A DNA stretch of 64,000 nucleotides, taken from the NCBI GenBank assembly GCA_964385825.1, contig CAYLPX010000002.1:1281-65280 (forward strand). The letters run 5' to 3'. The first letter of the stretch is position 1. Each line of letters opens with the position of its first letter. Of the stretch, positions 9,381-17,946 are shown in pieces. Both the position numbers and the translations under genes were made by a program. This DNA is from an uncultured Candidatus Saccharibacteria bacterium. GTDB lineage: Bacteria; Patescibacteriota; Minisyncoccia; Phycocordibacterales; JAKFXT01. The notes beneath the pieces were generated by a model that worked only from the letters and a program-made list of their open reading frames with translations, was not told where the DNA came from and made no database searches.

Positions 9381-10055
9381 TTATGAACGACGTTTCTTGT
9401 CCTCGGCGAACACCTCACCTTTGTAAATCCAAACCTTAATACCAAGGTCTCCATAAGGAAGGTGTGCACGCTCGCGAGCAAAGTCAATATCAGCACGGAA
9501 CGTCTGAAGTGGGATACGGCCACGCTTCAACTGCTCAGAGCGAGCAATATCTGTTCCACCAAGGCGTCCTCCGATTAAGATACGCACTCCCTTCACATCG
9601 CGGTTGGCTACTACCTTATCAATAGTCTGCTTGAGTACACGGCGGTATGGAAGACGCTTTTCAAGCCCTTCAACAATCATGAAAGCAACAATGTGTGCAT
9701 CAGATTCAGGTGAGCGAACTTCCTCTATATCCATCTTGAACTCTTTAGTCTTAGCTAGATTGTTCTTTTCAATAAACTTAGTGATGTCTTTGCGGAGCTT
9801 CTCTGATCCCTCACCGGAGCGACCGATAATCATACCAGGGCGTGAAGTCTTAATGATAAGACGCATCGTGTCTGCTCCACGCTCAATACCAACATCACTC
9901 ACAAAGAAACCACGAAGGCGTGTCGCTAAATACTTGCGAAGGAGTGTATCACTCTTAAGAAAATGCTTGTACGTGTCACCCACTCCAAACCAGCGGCTTT
10001 TCCAGTCGCGGATGATTCCAAGTCTATGTGCGTATGGGTGAACGGTGTGTGACAT
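9381..10055 (-). CDS. rpsC: 30S ribosomal protein S3
   Basis: 224 aa; KH domain; GIIRDWKSRWF motif. Confidence 0.9.
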   Translation of the reverse strand: MSHTVHPYAHRLGIIRDWKSRWFGVGDTYKHFLKSDTLLRKYLATRLRGFFVSDVGIERGADTMRLIIKTSRPGMIIGRSGEGSEKLRKDITKFIEKNNLAKTKEFKMDIEEVRSPESDAHIVAFMIVEGLEKRLPYRRVLKQTIDKVVANRDVKGVRILIGGRLGGTDIARSEQLKRGRIPLQTFRADIDFARERAHLPYGDLGIKVWIYKGEVFAEDKKRRS

Positions 10056-10069
10056 ACTTTATAAAATAA

Positions 10070-10495
10070 TTATTTATCGGTTTTCTTAGTTACTTTCTTA
10101 GCAGCCTTTTTTGGTGCAGCCTCTACAGCAGCTACCGCTACTTTCTTACTACCCTTCTTTGGAGCTTCCTTACGAGTATCAAGAACAACTGCAATATGGC
10201 TTGAACGCTTCTTGATAACGTACGCAGCTCCACGAGCACGAGGAGATACACGCTTAAGCACAAGCCCCTTGTTCACCGTAACACTCTTTACTACAAGCTT
10301 ATCAGCATCAATGCCGAGGTTTGCCTTAGCATTGGCGGCAGCAGAGGAAATGAGCTTATGCACTGGGTTAGCCCCACGCTTCACAAGAAAAGCAAGCTCG
10401 CCGAGCGCTTGAGGCACGCTCTTACCAGTTACGAGGTTAGCGATAAGGCGAACCTTGCGAGGAGACTGTCTGTAATTAGTAAGTTGTGCTTTCAT
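10070..10495 (-). CDS. rplV: 50S ribosomal protein L22 with Lys/Ala-rich C-terminal tail
   Basis: L22 core plus an AAVEAAPKKAAKKVTKKTDK tail. Confidence 0.9.
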   Translation of the reverse strand: MKAQLTNYRQSPRKVRLIANLVTGKSVPQALGELAFLVKRGANPVHKLISSAAANAKANLGIDADKLVVKSVTVNKGLVLKRVSPRARGAAYVIKKRSSHIAVVLDTRKEAPKKGSKKVAVAAVEAAPKKAAKKVTKKTDK

Positions 10496-10512
10496 AATAT
10501 TAAAATTCTAGC

Positions 10513-10860
10513 CTACTTCTTCTTAGCATCGGCTGTTGATGCAGTAGCGGCTTTAGCGGCAGCGATTTCGCTCTCCTTACGCTTCTGCTCTAGTTCCTTC
10601 TGCATCTTACCACCATGGCGAGTAAACTTCTTAGTTGGTGAAAACTCACCAAGGCGATGTCCCACCATGTCTTCAGTCACGAGTACAGCGATATGATCCT
10701 TACCGTTATGCACCCCGAAAGAAAAACCTACCATTTCAGGAGAAATCTGACTGCTGCGGTACCACGTCTTAATGACCCCAGTTTCCTGTGGCTTTTTGCC
10801 CTCAATTTTCTTGAGTAGCTTTGGTTCAACGTATGGACCTTTTTTAAGTGATCGTGACAT
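10513..10860 (-). CDS. rpsS: 30S ribosomal protein S19 with C-terminal extension
   Basis: [19 protein letters not shown]... FTRHGGKM; S19 family. Confidence 0.9.
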   Translation of the reverse strand: MSRSLKKGPYVEPKLLKKIEGKKPQETGVIKTWYRSSQISPEMVGFSFGVHNGKDHIAVLVTEDMVGHRLGEFSPTKKFTRHGGKMQKELEQKRKESEIAAAKAATASTADAKKK

Positions 10861-11027
10861 GAAAAATGTAAGTTTTTGGTTGGCTCAGCTTCTTTTTTGG
10901 CAATTAAAAAAACCTTATCGCTAAGGTCTCCAAGGCGCCAACCATGGAAGCTATAGGAGTAGACTATCAAACCCATACAAATTGTCAAACCCCCGCCATC
11001 CCCCCACCAAAAGTAGTAAATCATAAA

Positions 11028-11055
11028 TTGACAAAAACTATAAATGTGTTAGATT
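11028..11055 (+). promoter_or_regulatory. sigma70-like promoter candidate for the island ORF at 11126
   Basis: TTGACA (11028-11033), a 16 nt spacer, then TAGATT (11050-11055). A hairpin plus T-run follows at 11061-11087 (ccggttcacttaggtgaacgttttttg), and the SD and ATG follow that. Confidence 0.4.
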
Positions 11056-11125
11056 AAAAGCCGGTTCACTTAGGTGAACGTTTTTTGTTCCTCACAACGC
11101 CCCCCTAGGGGGAGAAAGGTAGCAC

Positions 11126-11695
11126 ATGCTTAGCAGGAAAAAATACCCCACCCTCGTGGGACTCATGGCCACCATTCCGGCTGTGAAAGTGGAAGTGGAG
11201 CAACTTCTCGCGGAGAAGTCCACTCCGAGCGGCGCCGCCGACAGGGCCGTGCACCAAATCGGTGCGGTGTTGGCCAAGCACGGCATGCTGAACGGCTTCG
11301 CGAAGTTGGCAGCAACCCCTCCGACCGCGCAAAGTACGGGTTCGGACGCTACCAGCTTCGGCTTCCCGATCGGCAACGATCGGCATGAACTCACCCGCCT
11401 GCGATTGCTTGCGGCCAAGGCTGAGGGCAACTACGATGAAGTGCGCGCCGAGGCCATGGCCACGCTTACGAACTGGGGAGGCAAGAGCCCCAGACGAGTC
11501 ACGGCCGGCCTCATCAGCCAAATCGTGGAAGGCACAGGGCGGCCCCGCTTCATTGCGGAACTGCTTGCCGCCAGCCCCACCGAACAGCATGGCGAGTTGC
11601 TGAAGCATGTCGCAGGCTACTACAGCAGAATCGGCCTGCGGGCTTCGCCCAAAAAGCTCCTCGCCGAGGCGCGGCAGGCAGGCTACCAGATCTAA
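11126..11695 (+). CDS. hypothetical protein on GC-rich island, antisense to the ribosomal operon
   Basis: 189 aa ORF with very high GC3 (gcc, ggc, ctg codons). SD ggggagaaaggtagcacATG. A strong terminator follows. The product is Ala/Leu-rich and helical. Confidence 0.5.
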   Translation: MLSRKKYPTLVGLMATIPAVKVEVEQLLAEKSTPSGAADRAVHQIGAVLAKHGMLNGFAKLAATPPTAQSTGSDATSFGFPIGNDRHELTRLRLLAAKAEGNYDEVRAEAMATLTNWGGKSPRRVTAGLISQIVEGTGRPRFIAELLAASPTEQHGELLKHVAGYYSRIGLRASPKKLLAEARQAGYQI

Positions 11696-11726
11696 GCTCT
11701 AGGCCGAGTAGGCCATGTTCTTCTCC

Positions 11727-11765
11727 GTCGGGAACCCTTCGTGGTTCCCGACTTTTTTATTTTTA
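11727..11765 (+). terminator. intrinsic terminator of the island ORF
   Basis: gtcgggaacccttcgtggttcccgac followed by ttttttattttt. Confidence 0.75.
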
Positions 11766-11897
11766 GAAAAATATTTGTAACCTTTTTTAAAATCTTCTAG
11801 TTTCATTAATACAAATTGATACTTGATGATTGCTAAGCCGAAAGTAGTTTAGCAGTCGCCAAGTGGAAATTTGGAAGTTTCCGTTTTGAATGCAAAT

Positions 11898-11925
11898 CCC
11901 CGCCGGCGCATGCGCGCCGGCGGGG
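11898..11925. repeat. perfect 28 bp GC palindrome
   Basis: ccccgccggcgcatgcgcgccggcgggg, sitting at the 3' end of the minus-strand island ORF. Confidence 0.85.
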
Positions 11926-11941
11926 TGTTCCGATGGCACCG

Positions 11942-12373
11942 CTACGAATGAGGTGCCGAACTGGTGTTGAAGAGTTCGGGGTCCGGCCAATCAAGCTTCG
12001 CCCCATCCAAAAGCGGCAAGGCCGCCTGGAAAAGATGGGCGATGTTGAAACACGCCGACTGGACGTCTTTTCCTGCCGTGTCGTCCTGCGCATCCTTCTG
12101 CAGAACGCGTATGAACATCTCCCCCACACGTATCCGACAGCGCCCCTCCTCACCTCGGCTCAAAACGCCTTGCCGAAAGGAAGCGGTGAGGATCTGGAGC
12201 AGTGTCTTGATTTCGTCACGATTCGGCCACGCTGAAGACTGAGCCCCAACCGATACCCTCTTCGTGAGTTGCTCAAGACGGTCCAGAATGAGCTCAACCA
12301 GAGTGTCCGCGACGCTCTTGATCGGCCGCTGCACGTACGCAACAGCCTCATTTATTTCAGGGTTTTCGTGCAC
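11942..12373 (-). CDS. hypothetical protein on GC-rich island
   Basis: 143 aa ORF with a GTG start preceded by GGAGGTG. High GC. The overlapping alternative ORFs on both strands make the coding call uncertain. Confidence 0.4.
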   Translation of the reverse strand: MHENPEINEAVAYVQRPIKSVADTLVELILDRLEQLTKRVSVGAQSSAWPNRDEIKTLLQILTASFRQGVLSRGEEGRCRIRVGEMFIRVLQKDAQDDTAGKDVQSACFNIAHLFQAALPLLDGAKLDWPDPELFNTSSAPHS

Positions 12374-12435
12374 GGGGCACCTCCAAGAAAAAAGGGTTAT
12401 ACAGCTCGCTTGAGCTTATACTCCACTAGTAAAAA

Positions 12436-12476
12436 GTCAAACGCCGCGGGCCTCCCGCGGCGTTTGACTTTTTGTT
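12436..12476. terminator. bidirectional intrinsic terminator immediately downstream of rplB
   Basis: gtcaaacgccgcgggcctcccgcggcgtttgac, flanked by aaaaa and tttttgttt. Confidence 0.75.
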
Positions 12477-12490
12477 TAATTTTTTCCGAA

Positions 12491-13333
12491 TTATCGCTTC
12501 TTTCCAACCTTGCGGCGAGAAACGATAAGGCGATTTGAGTATTTCTTTGGAGTTCGTGTCTTCTGACCCTTTCCAGTTGGGCGTCCCCACTTACTCTTAG
12601 CGCGGCGGAGTCCTCTTCCCTGACGTCCTTCACCTCCTCCATGTGGGTGATCAACTGGGTTCATAGCAGATCCGCGAACTGTTGGGCGAATACCCTTCCA
12701 GCGATTACGTCCTGCTTTACCAATCTTCTCGAGATGGTGTTCGTCATTAGATACTTCTCCAACTGATGCCCATGCAGTGTTGTGTACCTTACGAACTTCA
12801 GTTGATGGCATCTTAAGAAGGGTGTAGTCACCATCTTGCGCGATAACCTCAGCTGAGTTTCCGGCAGAGCGGCAAAGCTTAGCTCCACCTTCTGGCTTAA
12901 TTTCAATATTATAAACAAGCGTACCTACTGGCATAGCACCGAGCGGAAGACGGTTAGCAGCTGTAATAGGAGCCTTCTCTGCTGTTACAATCTCCTGTCC
13001 TACTACCACACTCTTTGGAGCCAACAGGTAACGCTTGTCACCATCCTTGTACCCAACAAGTGCAATAAAGCCTGTGCGGTTTGGGTCGTACTCAATAGTC
13101 AAAACCTTTCCCGGAACATTAAGTTTGTTCATCTTGAAATCAATAAGACGATACTGACGCTTGTGTCCTCCTCCCTTATGGCGAGTGGTGATGCGCCCAG
13201 CATTGTTGCGTCCTGATCCGCGGCGAAAACCCGTAAGGAGTGCCTTGTGCGGCTTATCCCCTGAAAGGAGATCACGATATGGAATCGTGGTCATGTTACG
13301 GCGTGATGGACTTGTTGGTCGGTACGTTTTCAT
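12491..13333 (-). CDS. rplB: 50S ribosomal protein L2
   Basis: 280 aa. The L2 signature (GGGEGRQGRG ... HPHGGGEG) is evident. Confidence 0.9.
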   Translation of the reverse strand: MKTYRPTSPSRRNMTTIPYRDLLSGDKPHKALLTGFRRGSGRNNAGRITTRHKGGGHKRQYRLIDFKMNKLNVPGKVLTIEYDPNRTGFIALVGYKDGDKRYLLAPKSVVVGQEIVTAEKAPITAANRLPLGAMPVGTLVYNIEIKPEGGAKLCRSAGNSAEVIAQDGDYTLLKMPSTEVRKVHNTAWASVGEVSNDEHHLEKIGKAGRNRWKGIRPTVRGSAMNPVDHPHGGGEGRQGRGLRRAKSKWGRPTGKGQKTRTPKKYSNRLIVSRRKVGKKR

Positions 13334-13347
13334 AGCTCTTTAATTAT

Positions 13348-13698
13348 CTATACAAATTCAATCTTATCTCCGTCCTTAAGATATACGTAGGCCTTGCGAG
13401 AAGCAGCGGTCTTACCACGCTTGCCACGAGCAACCACACGCTTAGCGGGAGTCTTCACAATAGCGATCTTAAGTGGGTGTACTTTGTAGAGTTTAAACAC
13501 TGCCTCCTCAACAGCCCCCTTAGTAGTTCCCTGTGGAATATCAAAGGTGTAGACGTTGCGTTCAGCAAGTACCGTTGCCTTCTCAGTGATACGAGGAATC
13601 ATACGAAAAGTAGCTTGGTTTACACCTGACTTTGCCTTAGTAGTAGCTTCTACTACTGCAGCTGATCCTTCTTCTTTTTTATTGGAGAAAATAGCCAT
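13348..13698 (-). CDS. rplW: 50S ribosomal protein L23
   Basis: 116 aa; operon position between rplD and rplB. Confidence 0.85.
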   Translation of the reverse strand: MAIFSNKKEEGSAAVVEATTKAKSGVNQATFRMIPRITEKATVLAERNVYTFDIPQGTTKGAVEEAVFKLYKVHPLKIAIVKTPAKRVVARGKRGKTAASRKAYVYLKDGDKIEFV

Positions 13699-13700
13699 AC

Positions 13701-14354
13701 CTATTTAGTTATACTCTTAACATAACTCTCTCCATCAACGATAGCCACATACTTGTAGTTAATGAGGTCTGCTACGTTTAAGTTACGGGCTTCAACAAGA
13801 GAAATATTACCAAAGTTGCGGAAACTCTTTTCAACAGCAGTGTCCTTCTTGGCAAGGGCCATCATAAGTGCGTTCTTACGCTTTGTTGGCATAGCTTCAA
13901 ACCCCTTAACGTTTCCAAGCTTGTTGAACACAGCCTTAGCTTCTTTTGTCTTGGCCTCAGGGAGAGCGATACTATCTAGGAAAAGCACTTCATTATCACG
14001 AACCTTTTGAGAAAGAAGTGTGTAGAGCGCCTTCTTACGCATCTTGTCGTTTACCTTACGATCATAGTTCTTATCATTCTTTGGACCGAAAGTTACACCT
14101 CCATGGCGCCAGATTGGCGAGCGCTTTGAACCATGACGTGCACGTCCTGTTCCCTTTTGCTGCCACGGCTTCTTGTTGCTACCTGCAACCTCTCCACGAT
14201 CTTTAGTGTGAGCCGTACCGTTGCGGCGACTTGAGAGCATAGAAGTTACTACTTGGTGAACCAAGTCAGCATTCCAAGGTAGTCCAAAAATGTCCTCAGG
14301 TAGTGTAAGAGTACCTGCTTTCTTTCCTTCTTGATTGTAAAGTGTTGCTTCCAT
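13701..14354 (-). CDS. rplD: 50S ribosomal protein L4
   Basis: KPWQQKGTGRARHGSKRSPIWRHGGVTFGPK motif. Confidence 0.9.
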   Translation of the reverse strand: MEATLYNQEGKKAGTLTLPEDIFGLPWNADLVHQVVTSMLSSRRNGTAHTKDRGEVAGSNKKPWQQKGTGRARHGSKRSPIWRHGGVTFGPKNDKNYDRKVNDKMRKKALYTLLSQKVRDNEVLFLDSIALPEAKTKEAKAVFNKLGNVKGFEAMPTKRKNALMMALAKKDTAVEKSFRNFGNISLVEARNLNVADLINYKYVAIVDGESYVKSITK

Positions 14355-14359
14355 ATGTT

Positions 14360-14968
14360 TTATTTTGCCTTGATCTCAAGTAAAGTACCGCGACGACCAG
14401 GAACAGCTCCTTTGATTATCATTTCATTCTTGTCAGTATCAATAGCAAGTACCTTAAGGTTACGCACCGTAATACGATCAGATCCCATGCGACCTCCCAT
14501 GCGCATACCCTTTGGTACGTGTGAGCGAAGTCCGCCTGAAATTGATCCTGGTTCACGCTCGGCGTGAGCATTACCGTGAGTGCGAGGACCTCCCGCGAAA
14601 CCATGGCGCTTAATAACACCCTGGAATCCCTTACCCTTAGAAATACCAGAAATCTCGAGTTTGTCCCCCACAGTAAAGTTAGCTAGCGTTACTTCATCTC
14701 CCACTTGCATAGTAGATTCTGCAGCAAGACGAACCTCAATAAGTTCTGAGAAGTTAGGAAGCTCCTTTAGGTGTCCTTTCATGGCCTTGTTTGCAGCTTT
14801 TTTACCGGGGAAACCACCGAGCTGAACAGCAAAATATCCGTCTGTCTTCTCGCCCTTCACTTGAGTAACAATAAGAGGGCTGATAGACACTACGGTACCA
14901 GCAGAAACACGCCCCTTCTCATCGAAGATCTGTGTCATCTCTTTCTTTTTACCAAGTAAGAATTTCAT
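14360..14968 (-). CDS. rplC: 50S ribosomal protein L3
   Basis: 202 aa; L3 family; follows the rpsJ region. Confidence 0.9.
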   Translation of the reverse strand: MKFLLGKKKEMTQIFDEKGRVSAGTVVSISPLIVTQVKGEKTDGYFAVQLGGFPGKKAANKAMKGHLKELPNFSELIEVRLAAESTMQVGDEVTLANFTVGDKLEISGISKGKGFQGVIKRHGFAGGPRTHGNAHAEREPGSISGGLRSHVPKGMRMGGRMGSDRITVRNLKVLAIDTDKNEMIIKGAVPGRRGTLLEIKAK

Positions 14969-15135
14969 TCTATAAAAAATGCGACCCCATAAAACTATAG
15001 TGTCGCCAGTAGAAAGGTCTCAAATACTAACCGAGGCCTTTTTGTCTGGCGGAACTTTCTCTCGGAATCCGAAAGTGTTCACAGAACGCAATAGAAGGCA
15101 TATTACACGACCCTAGAAAAAATGCAAATGTTAAA

Positions 15136-15158
15136 GCCGAGGCGCAGCGCGCCTCGGC
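15136..15158. repeat. GC-rich palindromic hairpin
   Basis: gccgaggcgcagcgcgcctcggc followed by cttttgggg. Confidence 0.7.
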
Positions 15159-15176
15159 CTTTTGGGGAACACCCCG

Positions 15177-15491
15177 CTACACACGAGGATTCTTGGGAAG
15201 CTGCGCGGAAAAGACGATAGGGGCTCCGCGTCCTCGACGAGGGGGCTTTTGGGAAACTCCAGCCCCCTCCTTTTTCGCAGCATTCTTCTGTGCCCGGGCC
15301 GCCCTTTCCGCCAACACCTTTGTCACATGTTGGGGTGCCAACACTTGCCCGGTTGCACTTTTCCATTTCTGATCTATCGGACTTAACCGATAGACCGTTC
15401 CATAATGCACGAGTTCATCTTTACGCATAAAAGCCCTCTCTAAACAATTCTTAAGAAACCTTATCACAACTATCTTTTTCACAAAAATCAA
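15177..15491 (-). CDS. possible small basic protein on GC-rich island (uncertain)
   Basis: 104 aa ORF. Its C-terminal half is GC-rich and basic (RAQKNAAKKEGAGVSQKPPRRGRG). The overlapping alternative frame means it could be noncoding. Confidence 0.25.
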   Translation of the reverse strand: MIFVKKIVVIRFLKNCLERAFMRKDELVHYGTVYRLSPIDQKWKSATGQVLAPQHVTKVLAERAARAQKNAAKKEGAGVSQKPPRRGRGAPIVFSAQLPKNPRV

Positions 15492-15570
15492 TTGACGTAT
15501 ATGAAGGATGAGGAGTACGCTTATTATTGGGTTAGTTCACCACACTGAAGTACCAACCAGGAGAAGAGCC

Positions 15571-15927
15571 ATGCCAGGAAGAGTGGTTGATACCTATAGT
15601 TCCCGCAGCATAGATGAGCTGCTTGCCATGATGACAGCAGACGTGGTCAATCGACCAAGGCCTACTGCTTCCCCCCTTTTTCAAGCTATTGAACACCGCG
15701 GACTACATCGCGGTGAAAAAGGAAAACCCGACAAGGTAACCCTGGCAGGGATCCTGAAGTACGCCAGGGCCCAACTGGAACAGGAAACTGAGACCAAGAT
15801 ACTTCTCGCCTTCGCCAAGCTCATCAATTCAATCCTAGACGACGTTGCCGATTTCGATGATGGGCTGCCGCGGCAATCCTTCGAGAAGGCTGTTGCGAAA
15901 ATTCCGCCACACTTGGCACAGAACTGA
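15571..15927 (+). CDS. hypothetical protein on GC-rich island, antisense to the ribosomal operon
   Basis: ATG at 15571 preceded by AGGAGA (ccaggagaagagccATG). It is the internal start of the tracked ORF 15508..15927. High GC; terminators follow. Confidence 0.45.
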   Translation: MPGRVVDTYSSRSIDELLAMMTADVVNRPRPTASPLFQAIEHRGLHRGEKGKPDKVTLAGILKYARAQLEQETETKILLAFAKLINSILDDVADFDDGLPRQSFEKAVAKIPPHLAQN

Positions 15928-15939
15928 TCTGTGCCAGCC

Positions 15940-15970
15940 CCCCCGCCCTAAGGCGGGGGTCGTTTTGTGC
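15940..15970 (+). terminator. GC hairpin plus T-run after the island ORF
   Basis: cccccgccctaaggcggggg followed by tcgttttgtg. Confidence 0.6.
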
Positions 15971-15986
15971 CACGAACTTCAAAAAA

Positions 15987-16029
15987 CAAAACCCCTCCCT
16001 CGCGTCGCGAGGGAGGGGTTTTGTTTTTT
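15987..16029. terminator. bidirectional intrinsic terminator immediately downstream of rpsJ
   Basis: aaaacccctccctcgcgtcgcgagggaggggttttgtttttt. Confidence 0.75.
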
Positions 16030-16042
16030 GATAATGCTTTAT

Positions 16043-16414
16043 TTACATCATCTTCACATCAATTGAAACACCGGAGGGAAGTGAGAGGTTGGTGAGCGCC
16101 TCTACAATCTTCGCTGTTGGGTTCACAATATCAATCAAACGCTTGTGCACTCTCATTTCAAACTGCTCACGAGCATTTTTGAAAATAAATGACGAACGAT
16201 TAACTGTATATTTCTTGATGGTCGTTGGGAGAGGAACTGGTCCTTCAATCTTGGCATCAAAACGCATTGCAGTGTCCATAATTTGCTTGACTGATGCGTC
16301 AAGAATCTTATGCTCATACGCCTGTACACGGAGACGAAGTTTACCCATATCCCCTCCTTCAGTAGCCTTAGCTTTTTTAGGAGCGGCTTTCTTTTTAGTG
16401 GTTACTTCGGCCAT
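16043..16414 (-). CDS. rpsJ: 30S ribosomal protein S10 with Lys-rich N-terminal extension
   Basis: S10 core (LRLRVQAYEHKILD ... FEMRVHKRLIDI) with an MAEVTTKKKAAPKKAKATEG leader. Confidence 0.9.
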   Translation of the reverse strand: MAEVTTKKKAAPKKAKATEGGDMGKLRLRVQAYEHKILDASVKQIMDTAMRFDAKIEGPVPLPTTIKKYTVNRSSFIFKNAREQFEMRVHKRLIDIVNPTAKIVEALTNLSLPSGVSIDVKMM

Positions 16415-16451
16415 ATAGTTTTAGGTTAAGGAATAATCCTTAGCACTTAAT

Positions 16452-17651
16452 TTAGGCAACGATCTTAGTAACAACTCCAGCACCAACTGTCTTACCTCCT
16501 TCACGGATAGCGAGACGCTGCTTTTCTTCAAGAGCAATAGGAGCTACAAGCTTTACCTTAAAGGTAACGGTGTCTCCCGGCATAACCATTTCAACACCTT
16601 CCTTAAGGGTTACTTCACCAGTTACGTCAGTAGTACGTACGTAGAACTGAGGCTTGTATCCAGAGAAGAATGGAGTGTGACGTCCTCCTTCCTCCTTACT
16701 TAGAATGTACACCTCAGCCTCAAACTCGGTGTGTGGATTAACAGATCCTGGCTTTGCAAGCACCTGTCCACGATGGATATCATCTTTCTTAAGACCGCGA
16801 ACAAGGAGTCCAGCATTATCTCCCGCCTGACCTTGCTGAAGACTCTTGTTGAACATTTCAACACCTGTAACGGTTGTCTTTACCGTGTCCTTAAGACCGA
16901 TAATTTCCACTTCTTCACCTACCTTGATAGTACCGCGTTCGATACGACCGGTTACTACCGTTCCTCTTCCTTCAATAGAGAAGATGTCTTCAACTGGCAT
17001 AAGGAATGGCTTATCAAGTTCACGTTCTGGAACTGGAATGTAGGTATCAAGCGCGTTAACGAGCTCAAGTACCTTCTTTGCCCACTCATCATCAGCAGAG
17101 GTTGCTTCAAGAGCCTTAAGACCTGATCCACGGATAACTGGGGCGTTAGCTCCATCAAATCCCTGTTTGGTCAAAAGCTCACGAACCTCTTCTTCCACAA
17201 GATCAAGCATATCCTTGTCATCCACCATGTCACACTTGTTGAGGAACACGATAATGCGAGGTACACCCACCTGCTTTGCAAGGAGCACGTGCTCACGAGT
17301 CTGAGGCATCACACCATCAGTTGCAGCTACCACAAGAACAGCACCGTCCATCTGAGCGGCACCAGTAATCATGTTCTTAATGTAGTCCGCGTGTCCTGGG
17401 GCATCAATGTGCGCATAGTGACGGGTGTCGCTAGCGTACTCGTTGTGCGAGATATTAATTGTAATACCGCGAGCCTTTTCTTCCGGTGCTGAGTCAATGT
17501 CATCAACTCCCTTCATTTTAACTTCTTTACCTGCAAGGTGAAGAACGTTAAGAATAGCCGCAGTAAGAGTGGTCTTACCGTGGTCTACGTGACCGATAGT
17601 ACCTACGTTTACGTGAGGCTTACTACGATCAAAAACTGCTGCTTCTGCCAT
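16452..17651 (-). CDS. tuf: elongation factor Tu
   Basis: 399 aa; [18 protein letters not shown] and NKCD GTPase motifs. Confidence 0.95.
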   Translation of the reverse strand: MAEAAVFDRSKPHVNVGTIGHVDHGKTTLTAAILNVLHLAGKEVKMKGVDDIDSAPEEKARGITINISHNEYASDTRHYAHIDAPGHADYIKNMITGAAQMDGAVLVVAATDGVMPQTREHVLLAKQVGVPRIIVFLNKCDMVDDKDMLDLVEEEVRELLTKQGFDGANAPVIRGSGLKALEATSADDEWAKKVLELVNALDTYIPVPERELDKPFLMPVEDIFSIEGRGTVVTGRIERGTIKVGEEVEIIGLKDTVKTTVTGVEMFNKSLQQGQAGDNAGLLVRGLKKDDIHRGQVLAKPGSVNPHTEFEAEVYILSKEEGGRHTPFFSGYKPQFYVRTTDVTGEVTLKEGVEMVMPGDTVTFKVKLVAPIALEEKQRLAIREGGKTVGAGVVTKIVA

Positions 17652-17892
17652 ATGTTAAAAGCTTATGCAAAACCCCTTCCGTTAAAAGAAGTGGTTTTAC
17701 TGGTTATTAATCCTTCCTCGCAAAGTTTTTCCTGTTTCGTCCCCTACTACAAGAGGTACTAAGGAATGGTCTCTCCAACATCTCCGAAAAGTGCTAGAAA
17801 CAGACAAAGAAAAACCTTATAAGCGATAGGGGCAATACTACCAGAGAGGTGTGAATAGTCAATATAAATGTCCTGGGGGTAAACATCAAAAA

Positions 17893-17927
17893 CCCCCGCA
17901 GGACTCCGTCCTGCGGGGATTTTCTTT
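17893..17927 (-). terminator. intrinsic terminator downstream of the 1175 aa giant gene
   Basis: On the minus strand: ccccgcaggacggagtcctgcggggg then tttttgatgttt. Confidence 0.7.
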
Positions 17928-17946
17928 ACGCTACTTTGTTTAACCC

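Noticed and set aside
11092-11608. Overlapping minus-strand ORFs (112 and 167 aa) and a 72 aa plus ORF inside the GC-rich island at 11.1-11.7 kb
   Set aside because: High GC suppresses stop codons in every frame. Only the 11126..11695 frame has an SD, a terminator and strong GC3 periodicity.
551-17762. Many short plus-strand ORFs (60-150 aa) that overlap the minus-strand ribosomal protein, secY, tuf and other genes in the six-frame track
   Set aside because: They are antisense shadows of well-supported conserved genes, with no SD and no independent terminators. They are spurious.
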